A stretch of 64,000 nucleotides of DNA from Glaucostegus cemiculus (lineage: Eukaryota), in the NCBI GenBank assembly GCA_976551045.1, contig CDPCPM010000104.1:1488001-1552000 (forward strand), given 5' to 3'. Below, piece by piece: positions 61,445 to 64,000 of the stretch. The stretch's first letter is position 1; each line of letters opens with the position of its first letter. The notes beneath the pieces are model-generated. The model had not been told where the DNA came from. It did not search any database and saw only the letters and a program-made list of their open reading frames with translations. Made by a program: the position numbers and the translations under genes.

Positions 61445-63916
61445 CATCTCTGGTACTCCCAGTTGCTTGTGGTATCAATGGTTAGCCCTAATAAATATTC
61501 TGCAATTTTTTTTATACTTATGGCCTCCCCTATGTTTCTTGGTGAATACTCAGCTTTTAAATCCAAACCCTTTTCCTTCAACTCATCTCTGGAGAAATGG
61601 TCAAAAGGATCAGAACCCCAGACTTCAATGTGCAGTTTGAGAGGTTCCAATACTCTCCTGGAATTAATAGTCTCATGATGGTGCCAGAAGTTATCAGGTA
61701 GTGCTTCTAGTAAGATCAGCACCAGTGAGTTTATAAATAAGATGTAATAGCACATCAAGACCTCATTAGCATCCTCACACCTACCACATGTGGAATAGGA
61801 TGTGTGGATTCTATACATAAAAAAAAGTAACACTAATGAATGATCAGTAAGAATGTAAAGGTTTGCACTGTTTTATAATTGTTTATAGTTTGTTTTTTTA
61901 TTATGAATAAAGTTTATTTTGTTAATAAAAACAAGAATTGAATATATGTATTAATGGAAATGCTGCATATTGAGTTAATACAGATAAGGAGAAATTTCTA
62001 CCCCAAGAATATGCTAAAGTGAACTGGAAAGCAAAGAAAGATTATCCTGATTTTCTCAGTGCACATGTACATATTCTCCTTTTTTCCTTATATTTAATTG
62101 AAAATTTTGACTTTTAAAAAATTGCCCTTTGTATAAAGCAGAGGCAGAGTTCATAATTAGATAAAATCTTGAATTGATAAAATGCCTTAAATATTATTCT
62201 TCCAAACCATAAAAACATTATTTGTATTTTGCAATAAGTGACTAATGCTCATGTAGATTAACATTATTAATCAATACATTCTGGTACAGTGATCTTCTCT
62301 TGAGCATTATTATCAGACTTTTGCTAGCTGGTACAAAAGAGTGTGTAAATGTGAGAAAATTTAAATTTATCACTGTTACGTCTGTGGGTGTGTAAATTCA
62401 TCCCACCCTGATAAACATGACCTACATTAAGAAAAAGTTTTATTGATATGAAGGAATTAAACCACAGATAATAGAGATCAGAGCAGGTGCAACTCTGTAA
62501 AACATATAAATACAAACAAAAGATTGCCTACTGGCACCCAGCCAGAATCTAAATACCATGCTTTATCACTCCCTAATATCCCCCTCTGCGTGATTAGTTT
62601 AGTATTGATACTGCTGCTGTGATCCCAAGCAGAACACTGCCTCTCCTATTATTAAGAAAGACCTTGTGATTTTATTTTAGGCAATCATTAACTAAGCACA
62701 GTGCTTACTGCATTTACTGATTTGATTAACTATTACGTCACTTGAAGCCAAGACTATAAAACAATCTTCAGTGACATTTAAATAACTCAGGAGTAGCTCA
62801 TTCCCTTTGTGGAATGGACAATGAAAGGGCAGATCAGAGAATGGGGAAATGAGATGATCAGCAAAGCACACAACCCAGTTTACTTAATGAGAAGTATTTC
62901 CTATCCCTTTCAATAGTAAAGGATCACAAAGTAGCAATTGAATCCCTAAGTTAGTTACAGCTTTAATCCTGCGACTGGATTCTTAATGCTGAAGTTTAAT
63001 CATTTCTGGTTACAGGCTTGTGGGAAGGATGGTTTATATCATTGTGACATCTACTGAGGAGCAGACACTCATTATACTAAGGAGATTTCTGGTGTTCAAA
63101 CAAGCAGTGTTGACAGGGTGGTGGTTTGATGGCACAGTATGAAGCTGGATTAAGTTGTGATGGCCCACTGGGCAGCAGAATGTGTGCTCCCCCGTGTGGT
63201 TGGCTCATGAAGTTGAGCTGTCCCTGAGGTGCCAAGAGTCAAAGGAATGAACTCACCAAGAAGGGGAAATCAGTGGGTGGTAAACGGGAGTGAGCTTGGA
63301 GGGGTGAGGCCAAGTGGGTGGTCTTGGACACCTCATGGAAGCTGGTTCTGAAGCAGCCTTGGTAAACAGTAACAGTAAGGCATTCTTCTAGTTCAGGGAA
63401 GAGGTAGGGCACATGGCACTTGCAGTAGAGGAGGTGGGAAGGCAGAATCACATTTATGAGACTTCACAATGAGATATCAATTTATCAAGTCATGATTGAG
63501 TTTGTGGATCAGAAGTGTAAATTTTTGCCTCAAGGTTGAGATTATAAGCAACTAGATTCCATCAATTTTTGTGTACTTAACAAAGTAAACACTTTTCCCT
63601 AAAGCAAGCAAATAATAAAATTTACTGTTGGGAATATCAGCATTGGTGGTAATTGTATGGTGTTCCTCTATCCACTATTTTAACAGAGATATTTAAAATC
63701 CCAGGGCAATGTTCCTATTAAAATCACAGAAAAGGAACACAATTAACACACATTCATTGCATCATTGGCAACAATCTTCTATCTTTCATTGTTCATGTTT
63801 GGGCAGAATATACAATAGATCTTAAATCACAACAGGGATGTACTCAAGAATGCATGGGCTAAAATACTGTTCAATTTAACATGAGATTTCATTTGCATAA
63901 TTTTAAAGGTAAAATC

Positions 63917-63965
63917 CATGGAGTCATACAACATGCAAACAGGCCCTTCAGTGCAGTGATAGTCA
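63917..63965 (-). mobile_element. CR1/HE1 3' tail remnant
   Basis: GAGTCATACAACATGCAAACAGGCCCTTCAG is the inverted CR1/HE1 terminal motif. Confidence 0.6.
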
Positions 63966-64000
63966 AGACCTTATTATAGTCCTTTACATAAAGCCTTTAC

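Noticed and set aside
61216-61833. Longest ORF in the track (205 aa, minus strand)
   Set aside because: Non-ATG start, the C-terminal part is the antisense of a V-SINE, and no recognisable domain; a chance ORF.
63040-63460. GC-richer purine-biased stretch, possibly an old retroelement or exon
   Set aside because: No recognisable motif, splice pair or family assignment.
1-64000. Prokaryotic-type systems (CRISPR arrays, operons, rRNA)
   Set aside because: No regularly spaced repeats, gene-dense ORFs or rRNA motifs; the sequence is vertebrate non-coding DNA.

Overview
AT-rich vertebrate genomic DNA, almost certainly from a cartilaginous fish (shark or ray), judged from HE1-type V-SINEs, SacSINE1-type DeuSINEs, HER1/CR1 LINEs and elasmobranch-type Penelope fragments. 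It reads like the inside of a large gene or a gene-poor regulatory region. I recognise no host protein-coding exon, and the supplied ORFs are mostly chance ORFs or LINE remnants. A large share of the window is nested retroelement debris (CR1, L2, Rex1/Babar, possibly RTE, three SINE types, Penelope-like fragments with decayed minimal hammerhead ribozymes). There is also a fossil PIF/Harbinger transposase (33.3-33.8 kb) and a TIR-bounded MITE (0.84-1.58 kb). The main observation is at 14.1-17.85 kb. A candidate + strand exon (17617/17621-17829, with branch point, pyrimidine tract, tandem AGs and a GTGAGT donor) is complementary along its whole length to two separate, mutually similar, hairpin-rich, CpG-retaining segments about 3 kb upstream. 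The predicted helices are colinear, include G:U pairs and A:C mismatches, and cover both splice sites. This suggests a long-range, possibly switchable RNA duplex controlling splicing or A-to-I editing; an old inverted duplication is the main alternative. A promoter-like region at 23.1-24.3 kb and several enhancer-like segments are also flagged. All repeat names and boundaries come from reading by eye and are approximate.
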